Shown: one piece after another, positions 12,810-28,124 of the stretch
Position numbering within the stretch: the first letter of the stretch is position 1
Layout: every line of letters starts with the position of its first letter
NCBI GenBank assembly: GCA_964016885.1
Contig: OZ024753.1
Location: 11,532,001 to 11,596,000, forward strand
DNA from: Eledone cirrhosa
Taxonomy: Eukaryota
DNA length: 64,000 nt
Reading direction: 5' to 3'
The notes under the pieces: model-generated
What the model was told of the DNA's origin: nothing
What the model saw: only the letters and a program-made list of their open reading frames with translations
The model's database searches: none
Translations under genes and position numbers: made by a program

Positions 12810-14065
12810 CCCCCCCACCACCGCTCCCACTACAAACGCCACCCCCAACACCACTATTATCACCACAACACTACAATTAACTCAGTAGCCACCCCACTAC
12901 CTACCTATATCACCACAACATATACAATATATACACAATACCAACACCGCCCTTTTACAATATCGACACAATAACCACCAACATTGCTACCAACGACACC
13001 AAAATCTGCAGCACCAACACCAACACCACATCTGCTTCCGCCTCCAACGCCACCGCCGCTTCCATCTCGCCTATCAAAGCCTTAAATACACCACCGACAT
13101 CTCTACCATACCGATGCCTCTACCAACGCCAACACCACCACCAACAACAAAAACAGCAGCAGCACCACCACCACCACCACCACCACCGTCGCCAATAACA
13201 ACAACAGCAGCACCACCACCACCACCGCCACCAACAACAAAAACAGCAGCAGCACCACCACCACCACCACCGCCACCAATAACAACAACAGCAGCAGCAC
13301 CACCACCATCGCCGCCACCAATAACAACAACAGCAGCAGCACCACCACCACCGCCACCAATAACAACAACAGCAGCACCCCCACCACCATCGCCACCAAC
13401 AACAACAGCAGCACCACCACCACCACCACCACCACCGCCACCAATAACAACAACAGCAGCACCACCACCACACATCAATAACAACAGCAGCACCACCACC
13501 ACCATCGCCGCCACCAATAACAACAACAGCAGCACCTCCACCAACAACAACAGCAGCACCACCACCACCGCCACTAATAACAACAACAGCAGCACCTCCA
13601 CCACCATCGCCACCAACAACAACAGCAGCACCACCACCACCCCCAGCAAAAAACACAGGCAAAAACAGCAGTACCACTACCAACAACACTAAAACACCAC
13701 CACCGCCACAAACAATAATAACAGCAGCACCACACCACCACCACCACCAATACCAACAGCACTAAAACACCACCGCCACTAACAACAACAACAACAACAG
13801 TACGACCTCCTCCAGCAGCACTAAAAACCACCACCACCACCACTAAAACCACACCACAACCTCCAACCGAGGTCGTTAACATCAACACCACCACCACCAC
13901 CACCACTACAGCCACATTACCACCTCCAACGGAGGTCTATCACCGCCACCACTAAAAGCCACCACCACTACCACTAAAACACCACCACCACAACCACCTC
14001 CTCCACCACTACCACTAAAACACCACCACCACCACCACTAAAACACCACCACCACCACCACCAAC
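12810..14065. repeat. Degenerate (ACC/AAC/AGC)n tract
   Basis: Low complexity, opposite polarity to the preceding tract. Confidence 0.9.
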
Positions 14066-14379
14066 ATTGCTAACGCTATGATTTTAACTATAGCCCTCAT
14101 TCATGTATTTAGAAGAGTGAAAATAGATGAAGGGCGGCGGCGGCGGGTATAGCTATAGTAGTGTGAGGGGTGAAGTATTTGTAGCAGTCGGTGGAATATT
14201 AAGAGATATGTGCTCCAGTCCTTCCCTCTACCTGTTCTAACAGAGGTGTGTAGTCAGAACGTAAATGGCTTTTCTGTTAAAACCATTCTAACACCTTAGA
14301 TGTCACCTCTATCCTATAATGATATACGTATGGAGTTTGTTTTTTGGCTTCTTTCATCGATGTCAACATACAGATAAAC

Positions 14380-15430
14380 AGCTCATATACACCTCATATA
14401 TAGCTCATATACACCCTATATACACCTCATATGTACCCTATATACACCCTATATACACCTCATATATAGCTCATATACACCCTATATACACCTCATATGT
14501 ACCCTATATACACCCTATATACACCTCATATATAGCTCATATACACCCTATATACACCTCATATGTACCCTATATACACCCTATATACACCTCATATATA
14601 GCTCATATACACCCTATATACACCTCATATGTACCCTATATACACCCTATATACACCTTATATACACCTTATATACACCTTATATACACATCATATGTAC
14701 CCTATATACACCCTATATACACACTCATATATAGCTCATATACACCCTATATATACCTCATATGTACCCTATACACCCTATATACACCTTATATACACCT
14801 TATATACACCTTATATACACATCATATGTACCCTATATACACCATATATACACACTCATATATAGCTCATATGCACCCTATATATACCTCATATGTACCC
14901 TATATACACCCTATATACACCTTATATATAGCTCATATACACCCTATATACACCTCATATGTACCCTATATACACCCTATATACACCTCATATATAGCTC
15001 ATATACACCCTATATACACCTCATATGTACCCTATATACACCCTATATATACCTCATATGTACCCTATATACACCCTATATACACCTTATATACACCTTA
15101 TATACACATTATATACACCTCATATATAGCTCATATACACATCATATGTACCCTATATACACCTTATATACACCTCATATATAGCTCATATACACCCTAT
15201 ATACACCCTATATACACCTCATATGTACCCTATATACACCCTATATACACATTATATACACTCTATATACACCTTATATACACATTATATACACTCTATA
15301 TACACCTTATATACACCCTATATACACCTTATATACACCTCATATATAGCTCATATACACCCTATATACACCTCATATGTACCCTATAAACACCCTATAT
15401 ACACATTATATACACCTTATATACACATCA
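14380..15430. repeat. Minisatellite with 66-bp higher-order unit built from tatatacacc(c/t) subunits
   Basis: tagctcatatacaccc recurs at 14401, 14467 and 14533. Confidence 0.9.
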
Positions 15431-15489
15431 TCTGCTACAGTGTATAGTCAACGATGAATTCGGTCGCTTTGAATTTTGAGAGTACAAAC

Positions 15490-15647
15490 CAGGGCCGTAT
15501 AAACGCATGGGCATTCTGGGCAGTTGCCCGGGGGCCTCACAAGAATAGGGCGCCCATTTGTATTTTTATTCCTGGGAGTGGTTGTGTAGGTAGGGGTCCC
15601 AGTGCTCTGCTTTACCCGGGGGCATTGATGCTGTTTAGACGTCCCTG
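15490..15647. mobile_element. hAT-type MITE
   Basis: TIRs CAGGGCCGTATAAAC and GTTTAGACGTCCCTG. The 8-bp flanks gtacaaac and gagcaaac match at 6/8. Confidence 0.6.
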
Positions 15648-15696
15648 GAGCAAACTTGACAAGTTAGCTTCTCGAGAGTTTTTCTTTCTGACACAA

Positions 15697-15786
<90 letters not shown>

Positions 15787-16140
15787 CACGCACACACACA
15801 TACATACATACATACATAAGACACACACACACATACACAAGACACACACACTCTCTCCATCTCTCTGCACTCATGCGCGATTACACACACGAGAACAAAT
15901 TTAAGTAAAAAGACTATCTATATATATATATATATATATATGTATTATGTATGTATGTATATATATACACACACATATGTGTGTGTGTGTGTATATACAT
16001 ATGTGTGTGTGTTTGTGTATGTGTGTGTGTGTATAAACACAAATAAGCTAAGTACAATATAATAGAAAGAGAATGAGAACAAGCAATAAAATCCCATTCG
16101 TCCTAGGTTACGTAAATTCAATTTACTAAGCAAGTTTGTG

Positions 16141-19100
16141 AATATAAGTAACATCACACCCACCTCACCACTATAAGTAACATCAAACCCACCTCACGAA
16201 TGTAACATCACACCCACCTCACCAATGTCACATTACACCCACCTCACCACTATAAATAACATCACACCCACCTCACCAAAGTAACATCACACCCACCTCA
16301 CCACTATAAGTAACATCACACCCACCCCACCAAAGTAACATCACACCCACCTCACCACTATAAGTAACATCAAACCCACCTCACGAATGTAACATCACAC
16401 CCACCTCACCAAAGTAACATCACACCCACCTCACCAATGTAACATCACACCCACATCACCACTGTAACATCACATCCACCTCACCAATGTAACATCACAC
16501 CCACCTCACCACTGTAACATCACACCCACCTCACCACTATAACATCACACCCACCTCGCCACTGTAACATCACACCCACTTCACCACTATAACATCACAC
16601 CCACCTCACCAATGTAACATCACACCCACCTCACCAATGTAAGTAACATCACACCCACCTCACCAAAGTAACATTACACCCACCTCACCAATGTAACATC
16701 ACACCCACCTCACCAATATATGTAATATCACACCCACCTCACCAAAGTAACATCACAACCACCTCACCAATGTAACATCACACCCACCTCACCAGTGTAA
16801 CATCACACCCACCCCACCAATATAAGTAACATCACACCCACCCCACGACTATATGTAACATCAAACCTACCTCACCACTATAAGTAACATCACACCCACC
16901 TAACCAAAGTAACATCACACCCACTTCTCCAATGTAACATCACACCCACCTCACCACTGTAAGTAACACCACACCCACCTCACCACTATAAGTAACATCA
17001 CACCCACCTCACCAATGTAACATCACACCCTCCTCACCAAAGTAACATCACACCCACCTCACCAAAGTAACATCACACCCACCTCACCAAAGTAACATCA
17101 CACCCACCTCACCAATATACGTAAGATCACACCCACCTCACCAGTGTAACATCACACCCACCTCACTAAAGTAACATCACACCCACCTCACCAATATAAG
17201 TAACATCACACCCACCTCACCAATGTAACATCACACCCACCTCACCAATATAAGTAACATAACACCCACCTCACCAAAGTAACATCACACCCACCTCACC
17301 AATATAAGTAACATCGCACCCACCTCACCAGTGTAACATCACACCCACCTCACCAATGTAACATCACACCCACCTCACCAATGTAACATCACACCCACCT
17401 CAGCAATGTAACATCACACCCACCTCACCAATATGAGTAACATCACACCCACCTCACCAATGTAACATCACACCCACCTTCCCAATGTAACATCACACCC
17501 ACCTCACCAATGTAACATCACACCCACCTCCCCAAAGTAACATCGCACCCACCTCACCAATATAAGTAACATCACACTCACCTCACCAATGTAACATCTC
17601 ACCCACCCCACCAATATAGGTAACATCACACCCACCCCACCAATATAAGTAACATCACACCCACCTCACCAATATAATTAACATCATACCCACCTCACCA
17701 ATGTAACATCACACTCACATCACCAATTTAACATCCCACCCACCTCACCAAAGTAACATCACACCCACCCCACCAATATAAGTAACATCACACCCACCCC
17801 ACCTATATAAGTAACATCACACCCACCCCACCACTATAAGTAACATCACACCCACCTCACCGCTATAAGTAACATCACACCCACCTCACCAATGTAACAT
17901 CATACCCACCACACCATTATAACTCACACCCACCTCACCAAAGTAACATCACACCCACCTCACCAAAGTAACATCACACCCACCTCACCAAAGTAACATC
18001 ACACCCACCTCACCAAAGTAACATCAGACCCACCTCACCAAAGTAACATCACACCCACCTCACCAATGTAACATCACACCCACCCCACCAATATAAGTAA
18101 CATCACACCCACCCCACCAATATAAGTAACATCACACCCACCTCACCACTTTAATTAACATCACACCCACCTCACCAATGTAACATCACACCCACCTCAC
18201 CATTATAAGTAACATCACACCCACCTCACCAATATAAGTAACATCACACCCACCTCACCAATATAAGTAACATCACACCCACCTCACCAATGTAACCTCA
18301 CACCCACCTCACCATTATAAGTAACATCACACCCACCTCACCAATGTAACATCCCACCCACCTCACCAAAGTAACATCACACCCACCTCACCAAAGTAAC
18401 ATCACACCCACCTCACCAATGTAACATCACACCCACCTCACCAAAGTAACATCACACGCAACCCACCAAAGTAACATCACACCCACCCCACCAAACTAAC
18501 ATCACACCCACCCCACCAAAGTAACATCACACCCACCCCACCAAAGTAACATCACACCCACCTCACTAAAGTAACATCACACCCACCTCACCATTATAAG
18601 TAACATCACACCCACCTCTCCAAAGTAACACATCACCCATCTCACCACTATAAGTAACATCACACCCAACCCACCAAGGTAACATCACACCCACCCCACC
18701 AAAGTAACATCACACCCAACCCAGCAAAATAACATCGCACCCACCCCACCAAAGTAACATCACACCCACCCCACCAAAGTAAAGTCACACCCACCTCACC
18801 AATGTAACATCACACCCAACTCACCAATGTAACATCACACCCAACCCACCAAAGTAACATCACACCCACCCCACCAAAGTAACATCACACCCAACCCACC
18901 AAAGTAACATCGCACCCACCACACCAAAGTAACATCACACCCACCTCACCAAAGTAACATCACACCCACCCACCAAAGTAACATCACACCCACCTCACCA
19001 AAGTAACATCACACCCACCCACCAAAGTAACATCACACCCACCTCACCAAAGTCACATCACACCCACCCCACCAAAGTAAAGTCACACCCACCTCACCAA

Positions 19101-22100
19101 TGTAACATCACACCCACCTTACCAATGTAACATCACATCATTTCACCAAAGTAATATCACACCCACCTCACCAAAGTAACATCACACCCACCTCACCAAA
19201 GTAACATCACACCCACCTCACCAATCTAACATCACACCCACCACCCCATCAACGTAACATCACACCCACCTCACCAATGAAACATCCCACCCACCTCACC
19301 AATGTAACATCTCACCCACCTCACCAAAGTAACATCACACCCACCTCACCAAAGTATCATCACACCCACCCGACCAATGTAACATCACACCCACCCCACT
19401 AATATAAGTAACATCACACCCACCTCACCTCTATAAGTAACATCAGACCCACCTCACCAATGTAACATCACACCCACCCCATCAACGTAACATCACACCC
19501 ACCTTACCACTGTAACATCACAACCACCTCACCAATGTAACATCACACCCACCTCACCACTATAAGTAACATCAGACCCACCTCACCAATGTAACATCAC
19601 ACCCACCCCATCAACGTAACATCACACCCACCTCACCAATGCAACATCACACCCACCTCACCAAAGTAACATCACACCCACCTCACCAAAGTAACATCAC
19701 ACCCACCCCACCAATATAAGTAACATCACACCCACCTCACCACTATAAGTAACATCACACCCACCTCACCAATGTAACATCACACCCACCTCACCAAAGT
19801 AATTAACATCACACCCACCTCACCAAAGTAACATCACACCCACCTCACCAATATAAGTACATCACACCCACCCCACCAATGTAACATCACACCCACCTAA
19901 CCAAAGTAACATCACACCCACCTCACCAAATAACATCACACTCTCTTCAACACTATAAGTAACATCACACCCACCTCACCAGAGGAACATCACACCCACC
20001 TCACCATTATAAGTAACATCATACCCACCTCACCAAAGTAACATCACACCCACCTCACCAAAGTAACATCCCACCCACCTCAACAATGTAACATCACACC
20101 CACCTCACCATTATAAGTAACATGACACCCACCTCACAAAAGTAACATCACACCCACCCCACCAAAGTAACATCACACCCACCCCACCAATGTCACATCA
20201 CACCCACCTCACCATTATAAGTAACATCACATCCACCTCACCAATGTAACATCACACCCACCCCACCAAAGTAACATCACACCCACCTCACCAATGTAAC
20301 ATCACACCCACCTCACCAAAGTAACATCACACCCACCACACCAATGTCACATCACACCCACCTCACCATTATAAGTAACATCACATCCACCTCACCAATG
20401 TAACATCACACCCACCTCACGAAAGTAACATCACACCCACCCCACCAAAGTAACATCACACCCACCCCACCAATGTCACATCACACCCACCTCACCATTA
20501 TAAGTAACATCACATCCACCTCACCAATGTAACATCACACCCACCCCACCAAAGTAACATCACACCCACCCCACCAAATTAACATCACACCCACCACACT
20601 AAAGTAACATCACACCCACCACACCAAAGTAACATCACACCCACCCCACCAAAGTATCATCACACCCACCCCACCAATGTAACATCACACCCACCCCACC
20701 AATATAAGTAACATCACACCCACCCCACCAATATAAGTAACATCACACCCACCTCACCAAAGTAACATCACACCCACCTCATCAATATAAAATCACACCC
20801 ACCCCACCAAAGTAACATCACACCCACCTCACCAATATAAGTAACATCACACACACCTCACAAAAGTAACATCACACCCACCCCACCAAAGTAACATCAC
20901 ACCCACCGCACCAATATAAGTAACATCATACACATCTCACAAAAGTAACATCACACCCACCCCACCAAAGTAACATCACACCCACCTCACCAATATAAGT
21001 AACATCACACACACCTCACCAAAGTAACATCACACCCACCTCACCAATATAAGTAACATCACACACACCTCACAAAAGTAACATCACACCCACCTCACCA
21101 AAGTAACATCACACCCACCTCACCAATGTCACATCACACCCACCTCACCATTATAAGTAACATCACACCCACCTCACCACTGTAAGTAACATCACACCCA
21201 CCTCACCACTATAAGTAACATCACACCCACCTCACCAAAGTAACATCACACCCACCTCACCAATGTAACATCACACCCACCTCACCATTATAAGTAACAT
21301 CACACCCACCTCACCAAATTAACATCACATCCACCTCACCAATGTAACATCACACCCACCTCACCAAAGTAACATCACACCCACCCCACCAAAGTAACAT
21401 CACACCCACCTCACCAAAGTAACATCACACCCACCCCACCAAAGTAACATCACACCCACCCCACCAAAGTAACATCACACCCACCCCACCAAAGTAACAT
21501 CACACCCACATCACCAATGTAACATCACACCCACCTCACCATTATAAGTAACATCACACCCACCTCACCAAATTAACATCACACCCACCTCACCAATGTA
21601 ACATCACACCCACCTCAACAAAGTAACATCACACCCACCCCACCAAAGTAACATCACACCCACCTCACCAAAGTAACATCACACCCACCTCACCAATGTA
21701 ACATCACACCCACCTCACCACTATAAGTAACATCACACTCACCCCACCAATGTAACATCACACCCACCCCACCAATATAACATCACACCCACCCCACCAA
21801 AGTAACATCATACCCACCCCACCAATATAACATCACACCCACCCCACCAAAGTAACATCCCACCCACCTCACCAATATAACATCACACCCACCCCACCAA
21901 AGTACCCACCCCACCAATATAACATCACACCCACCCCACCAAAGTAACATCACACCCACCTCACCAATGTAACAGCACACCCACCCTACCAAAGTAACAT
22001 CACACCCACCTCACCAAAGTAACATCACACCCACCCCACCAAAGTAACATCACACCCACCTCACCAATGTAACATCACACCCACCTCACCATTATAAGTA

Positions 22101-24381
22101 ACATCACACCCACCTCACCATTATAAGTAACATCACACCCACATCACCAAAGTAACATCCCACCCACCTCACCAATATAACATCACACCCACCCCACCAA
22201 AGTAACATCACACCCACCCCACCAATATAACATCACACCCACCCCACCAAAGTAACATCACACCCACCTCACCAATGTAACAGCACACCCACCCTACCAA
22301 AGTAACATCACACCCACCTCACCAAAGTAACATCACCCCCCCACCAAAGTAACATCACACCCACCTCACCAATGTAACAGCACACCCACCCTACCAAAGT
22401 AACATCCCACCCACCTCACCAATGTAACATCACACCCACCTCACCAATGTAACATCACACCCACCTCACCAAAGTAACATCACACCCACCTCACCAAAGT
22501 AACATCACACCCACCTCACCAATGTAACATCACACCCACCTCACCAAAGTAACATCCCGCCCACCTCACCAAAGTAACATCACACCCACCCCACCAAAGT
22601 AACATCACACCCACCTCACCAAAGTAACATCACACCCACCTTACCAAAGTAACATCCCACCCACCTCACCAATGTAACATCCCACCCACCTCACCAATGT
22701 AACATCACACCCACCTCACCAATGTAACATCCCACCCACCTCACCAATATAAGTAACATCACACCCACCCCACCAATGTAACATCACACCCACCTCACCA
22801 ATGTAACATCACACCCACCTCACCAATGTAACATCCCACCCACCTCACCAATGTAACATCCCACCCACCTCACCAATGTAACATCACACCCACCTCACCA
22901 ATATAAGTAACATCACACCCACCCCACCAATGTAACATCACACCCACCTCACCAAAGGAACATCACACCCACCTCACCAATGTAACATCCCACCGACCTC
23001 ACCAATGTAACATCACACCCACCTCACCAATGTAACATCACACCCACCCCACCAATGTAACATCACACCCACCTCACCAAAGTAACATCACACCCACCTC
23101 ACCAATGTAACATCCCACCCACCTCACCACTATAAGTAACATCACCCCCACCTCACCAATGTAACATCACACCCACCTCACCACTATAAGTAACATCACA
23201 CCCACCTCACCACTATAAGTAACATCACACCCACCTCACCAATATAAGTAACATCACACCCACCCCACCAATGTAACATCACACCCACCTCACCAAAGTA
23301 ACATCACACCCACCTCACCAATGTAACATCCCACCGACCTCACCAATGTAACATCACACCCACCTCACCAATGTAACATCACACCCACCTCACCAATATA
23401 AGTAACATCACACCCACCCCACCAATGTAACATCACACCCACCTCACCAAAGTAACATCACACCCACCTCACCAATGTAACATCCCACCCACCTCACCAC
23501 GGTAAGTAACATCACACCCACCTCACCACTATAAGTAACATCACCCCCACCTCACCAATGTAACATCACACCCACCCCACCAAAGTAACATCACACCCAC
23601 CTCACCACTATAAGTAACATCACACCCACCTCACCACTATAAGTAACATCACACCTACCTCACCACTATAAGTAACATCACACCCACCTCACCAATGTAA
23701 CATCACACCCACCTCACCAAAGTAACATCACACCCACCTCACCAATGTAACATCCCACCGACGTCACCAATGTAACATCACACCCACCTCACCAATGTAA
23801 CATCACACCCACCTCACCAATATAAGTAATATCACACCCACCCCACCAATGTAACATCACACCCACCCCACCAAAGTAACATCACACCCACCTCACCACT
23901 ATAAGTAACATCACACCCACCTCACCACTATAAGTAACATCACACCTACCTCACCACTATAAGTAACATCACACCCACCTCACCAATTTAACATCACACC
24001 CACCTCACCAAAGTAACATCACACCCACCTCACTAATGTAACATCCCACCCACCTCACCAATGTAACATCACACCCACCTCACCAATATAAGTAACATCA
24101 CACCCACCCTACCAATGTAACATCACACCCACCCCACCAAAGTAACATCACACCCACCTCACCACTATAAGTAACATCACACCCACCTCACCACTATAAG
24201 TAACATCACACCTACCTCACCACTATAAGTAACATCACACCCACCTCACCAATGTAACATCACACCCACCTCACCAATGTAACATCCCACCGACCTCACC
24301 AATGTAACATCACACCCACCCCACCAAAGTAACATCACACCCACCTCACCACTATAAGTAACATCACCCCCACCTCACCAA
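16141..24381. repeat. 8.2-kb minisatellite of mixed 25-bp and 29-bp units
   Basis: AACATCACACCCACCTCACC followed by AATGT or AAAGT (25 bp) or by ACTATAAGT/AATATAAGT (29 bp); roughly 300 units. Confidence 0.97.
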
Positions 24382-24530
24382 ATTTCAGTCTCAAAATATA
24401 TCCACTTGTTGTTTATAGTGACCGTCACTAATTGTGTGGTGGTATTATCGTTTAGAGCATTGGTGCACAAAGTGTTTCACAACGGTGTACACAAAATTCA
24501 GAGATGACGTAATATATATATATATATATA

Positions 24531-24791
24531 TTTAAAAGTTAAACAAGGTTCAATGAATACATCAAAGAATGAGTTTTACAATAGACTGGAAGCACTGGAC
24601 CGAAATGTTTTCTAGAGTTATTAATATTAATTCAAAATATTAACAAAATAGATATTCTTGTGATCAAATATATTTTACTATACATATTTCAGGGGTACTG
24701 AGTTAAGTTCAACAGTACGTCATCATCATATAAAATAAGATGATGCATGACATACCCTGACATAGTAGATTGTTAAGATTCAGTCATGGTA

Positions 24792-24794
<3 letters not shown>
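24531..24794 (-). mobile_element. TA-flanked repeat homologous to 34140-34398, carrying a decayed family B hammerhead (probable Penelope-type pLTR remnant)
   Basis: Aligns by eye with the reverse complement of 34140-34398. The minus strand reads aTGATGA..GTACTG..CAGTAC..GAAATATGTATA. (TA)n on both sides. Confidence 0.5.
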
Positions 24795-24855
<61 letters not shown>

Positions 24856-24860
24856 TAATT

Positions 24861-25130
24861 CAATATGTTGAAAAGGTAACACACTAGAGAGAGATACAGT
24901 GCGCTATCAATAAAACAGGGAAAAAACCACCAGTGTATGGAATCTATAACCTATGAAAGGCAGACTATAGACACGATAATTAAAAGTATAAATTAAAGCG
25001 TAAATAAATACCTCTATAACTATATAGTCTGCCTTTCATAGGTTATAGATTCCATACACTGGTGGTTTATCCCTGTTTTATTGATAGCTCACTGTATCTC
25101 TCTCTAGTGTGTTACCTTTCCAACATATTG
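24861..25130. repeat. Long inverted repeat (about 109-bp arms, 53-bp spacer) between (TA)n tracts
   Basis: caatatgttg...cagactata (24861-24969) is nearly the reverse complement of tatagtctg...caacatattg (25023-25130). Confidence 0.9.
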
Positions 25131-25241
25131 TATTTTAAAGAGCTCAGGATTTCCTCTCCCTTGAGCACATTATTCACAGGGAATGGCGAGGCTCTATGGC
25201 TCCGTTAATTTATCGTGATATATATAAATATATATATAGGA

Positions 25242-25389
25242 AGTAGAGTGGGTAATAGGGAAAGAGTTAGTATCCCGACAGCTGAGCTCCGGCCGTTTCG
25301 ACAGTTAGATCCGAGTTCGGATATAGTTATCGAAACAGCCGTAGCTCAACCGTCGGGGTCCTAACTCTTTTCCTATTACCCACTCTACT
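25242..25389. repeat. Inverted repeat containing the 3' half of a hammerhead-like motif
   Basis: agtagagtgggtaatagg ... cctattacccactctact. The arms carry CGAAACAGCCGTA and its counterpart CGAAACGGCCGGA. Confidence 0.8.
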
Positions 25390-26138
25390 ACCCTAAATAT
25401 TGAGTACTCTGGTGTGTTATGGTCCACCTGGTTTCTTCCCACACTTTCTTTCTTATATATATATATATATATATTGTTTCATTTTTGTATAATTTTCTTA
25501 AGCATTTAAATCTGCCATATCCGGCTAGAATTCTCTCACCTCTTTCTGTTTAGACCGGCTGTAACCGGCCACTGATACTTATAAGGTATTGTTATCAAAA
25601 TATACAATATACAATATAAAGATCTCATAGATTCGATATTACGTGAGATAATTATGTGAGGTAAAGCCTTTGCCGTGAAAATACATTAGTATATATACAG
25701 TAATGTGAATACTAAACGGTTTAAACAACAGTATGATAATATTTTGATTCGACAAAATAAAACCTGTGTTGTATATGAAGACACACTGGAACTAGTACCT
25801 GCATATTTAATGGCCTAGGTTATGCATACCATGTGCTTCTTCGTCTCCAATTTGAGTTCCCCATTCTCTCAAATAAACTAGATTTTTGTAAGTTTTTGTT
25901 GTGACCACACTAAGAGTTTTCTACCATACAAGCCAAATTATGTTAGAGGTCATAACAACCTCATCTTCGATATTTCCTCAACTCTGTTATACAGTAAATA
26001 TGCTTAGCATTATATTTATTAATATTAGGACATTATTATATATTATATTCAATTATCCAAATATATATTAAGCCGTGAGCTTTTCTAAGTTCTTCGCCCA
26101 TGGCGGCTGCGTTGTTTTACTAACAGTAGCATCCGAAA

Positions 26139-26207
<69 letters not shown>

Positions 26208-26212
<5 letters not shown>

Positions 26213-27356
26213 ACTAGAAATTGATTAACATAAATATACATGAATAATCACAGGAGATAATTTTCACACGCGTGTAACCACGCATAGCTAGTTTGGGTAA
26301 TAATTAAATCTATACCTTTAAGTATGATTAACCTTCCTTGTATATATCCCATTAAAGAAATATATTTCACCAATTAATCAGATGGTAAGTCACGGATAGT
26401 GGATATTATTGGATTGTCAACAAGGAAGAGTAATAATGTCCAGCTATCCATCCTTACACAACGAGTTTAAATCCTCATCTGGCCGCTACCACGTGTTGTG
26501 TCTACACATGATAGCAGTTTCGTTTCAGTGGCGTGAATAGGTATTCAACAACTAGAAATAGCAGTCAAATTCTCTTCAACAGAAATAGCTCTACAATTAA
26601 GGAGCCGTATATATATATCTATATCCAAAATTAAGATAAATTAAATGAATTTAATCTAAATCGAAGTTGTGGGCGTCATGCCATAACGGCACGCGCCATA
26701 TCGCCTGGAAATAAGCTCAAAGATAAATCCGAGCATTTTATAATAACTAGAAATTGATTATCATATAAATATACATGAATAATCACAGGAGATAATTTTC
26801 ACACGCGTGTAACCACGCATAGCTAGTTTGGGTAATAATTAAATCTATACCTTTAAGTATGATTAACCTTCCTTGTATATATCCCATTAAAGAAATATAT
26901 TTCACCAATTAATCAGATGGTAAGTCACGGAAAGTGGATATTATTGGATTGTCAACAAGGAAGAGTAATAATGTCCAGCTATCCATCCTTACACAACTAG
27001 TTTAAATCCTCATCTCGCCGCTACAACGTGTTATGTCTACACATGATAGCAGTTTCGTTTCAGTGGCGTGAATAGGTATTCGACAACTAGAAATAGCAGT
27101 CAAATTCTCAAACAGAAATAGCTCTCAAACAGAAATAGCTCTACAATTAAGGAGCCGTATATATATATATATCTATATCCAAAATTAAGATAAATTAAAT
27201 GAATTTAATCTAAATCGAAATTGTGGGTGTCATGCCAAAACGGCACGCGCCATATCGCCTGGAAATAAGCTCAAAGATAAATCCGAGCATTTTATAATAA
27301 CTAGAAATTGATTAAAATATAAATATACATGAATAATCACAGGAGATAATTTTCAC
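26208..27356. repeat. Tandem duplication of about 533-554 bp, 2.1 copies
   Basis: taataactagaaattgatta at 26208, 26741 and 27295. The copies differ by a few substitutions and indels. Confidence 0.9.
26618..26826 (+). mobile_element. Probable non-autonomous Helitron
   Basis: 5' end A|TCTATAT; 3' hairpin GCGTG-taac-CACGC followed by CTAG|T. Confidence 0.45.
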
Positions 27357-28069
27357 TTTATTTTATCGACCCCGTAAGGATGAAAGGTAAAGTTAACCTC
27401 GGCTGGATTTGAACTCAGATCGTAAAGGGACGTTTCTAATAATGAACTATTTATTCATATGAAACTTAATGTAGACCGCTAAAACATTAGTATTCTCCCC
27501 ACACCGCGCTGTTCTTCACATACTGAGGCCACATACAGCACTAGTCAAGTATACAAAAGTAATGAAAACATGTATATATTTTCATTACTTTCAAATCCCG
27601 ACGAAGTTAGCTTTGCTTTTCTTCCTTTCAGGGTCGATAAGATAAAGTATCGCTAACACACTGGGGTCGATTTAATTTACTTTCCCCCCAAAAAATTGTT
27701 GGCCTTGGACTTAATTCAGAAAACGTTCTAAAAGATGTAGTATCGAAGGCTTATGTAAGACAATAGACTTTGATACGAAAGAAAGGATCGAATATTTTGA
27801 GCAGCTCTGATAACCATATAAATCTTCTCTCCCCACATCGACACATGTCTCCAATGGTTTTCTTTGTCTGAGTATTTTGAAGTATATATAAAATATAAAT
27901 GAGCTTTCTGATATATAAATATAAACCAAAGCAACAAATTGAATGTGCACACAGCTGCTCTAAATATATACACTGTAAAAATAGTGTGAAGGGGTATATA
28001 AAATATTTATAGACCAATATATATGCATCCCCAAACGCACACGCCTATACCTACGCACACACCGACGCG

Positions 28070-28124
<55 letters not shown>

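Noticed and set aside
11063-13915. Long Thr/Pro/His/Gly/Val-rich ORFs (mucin- or extensin-like)
   Set aside because: They are open in several frames on both strands because trinucleotide repeats lack stops. There is no signal peptide or non-repetitive domain.
16141-24381. CRISPR-like or telomeric array
   Set aside because: There are no unique spacers, no cas genes and no TTAGGG units; the context is eukaryotic.
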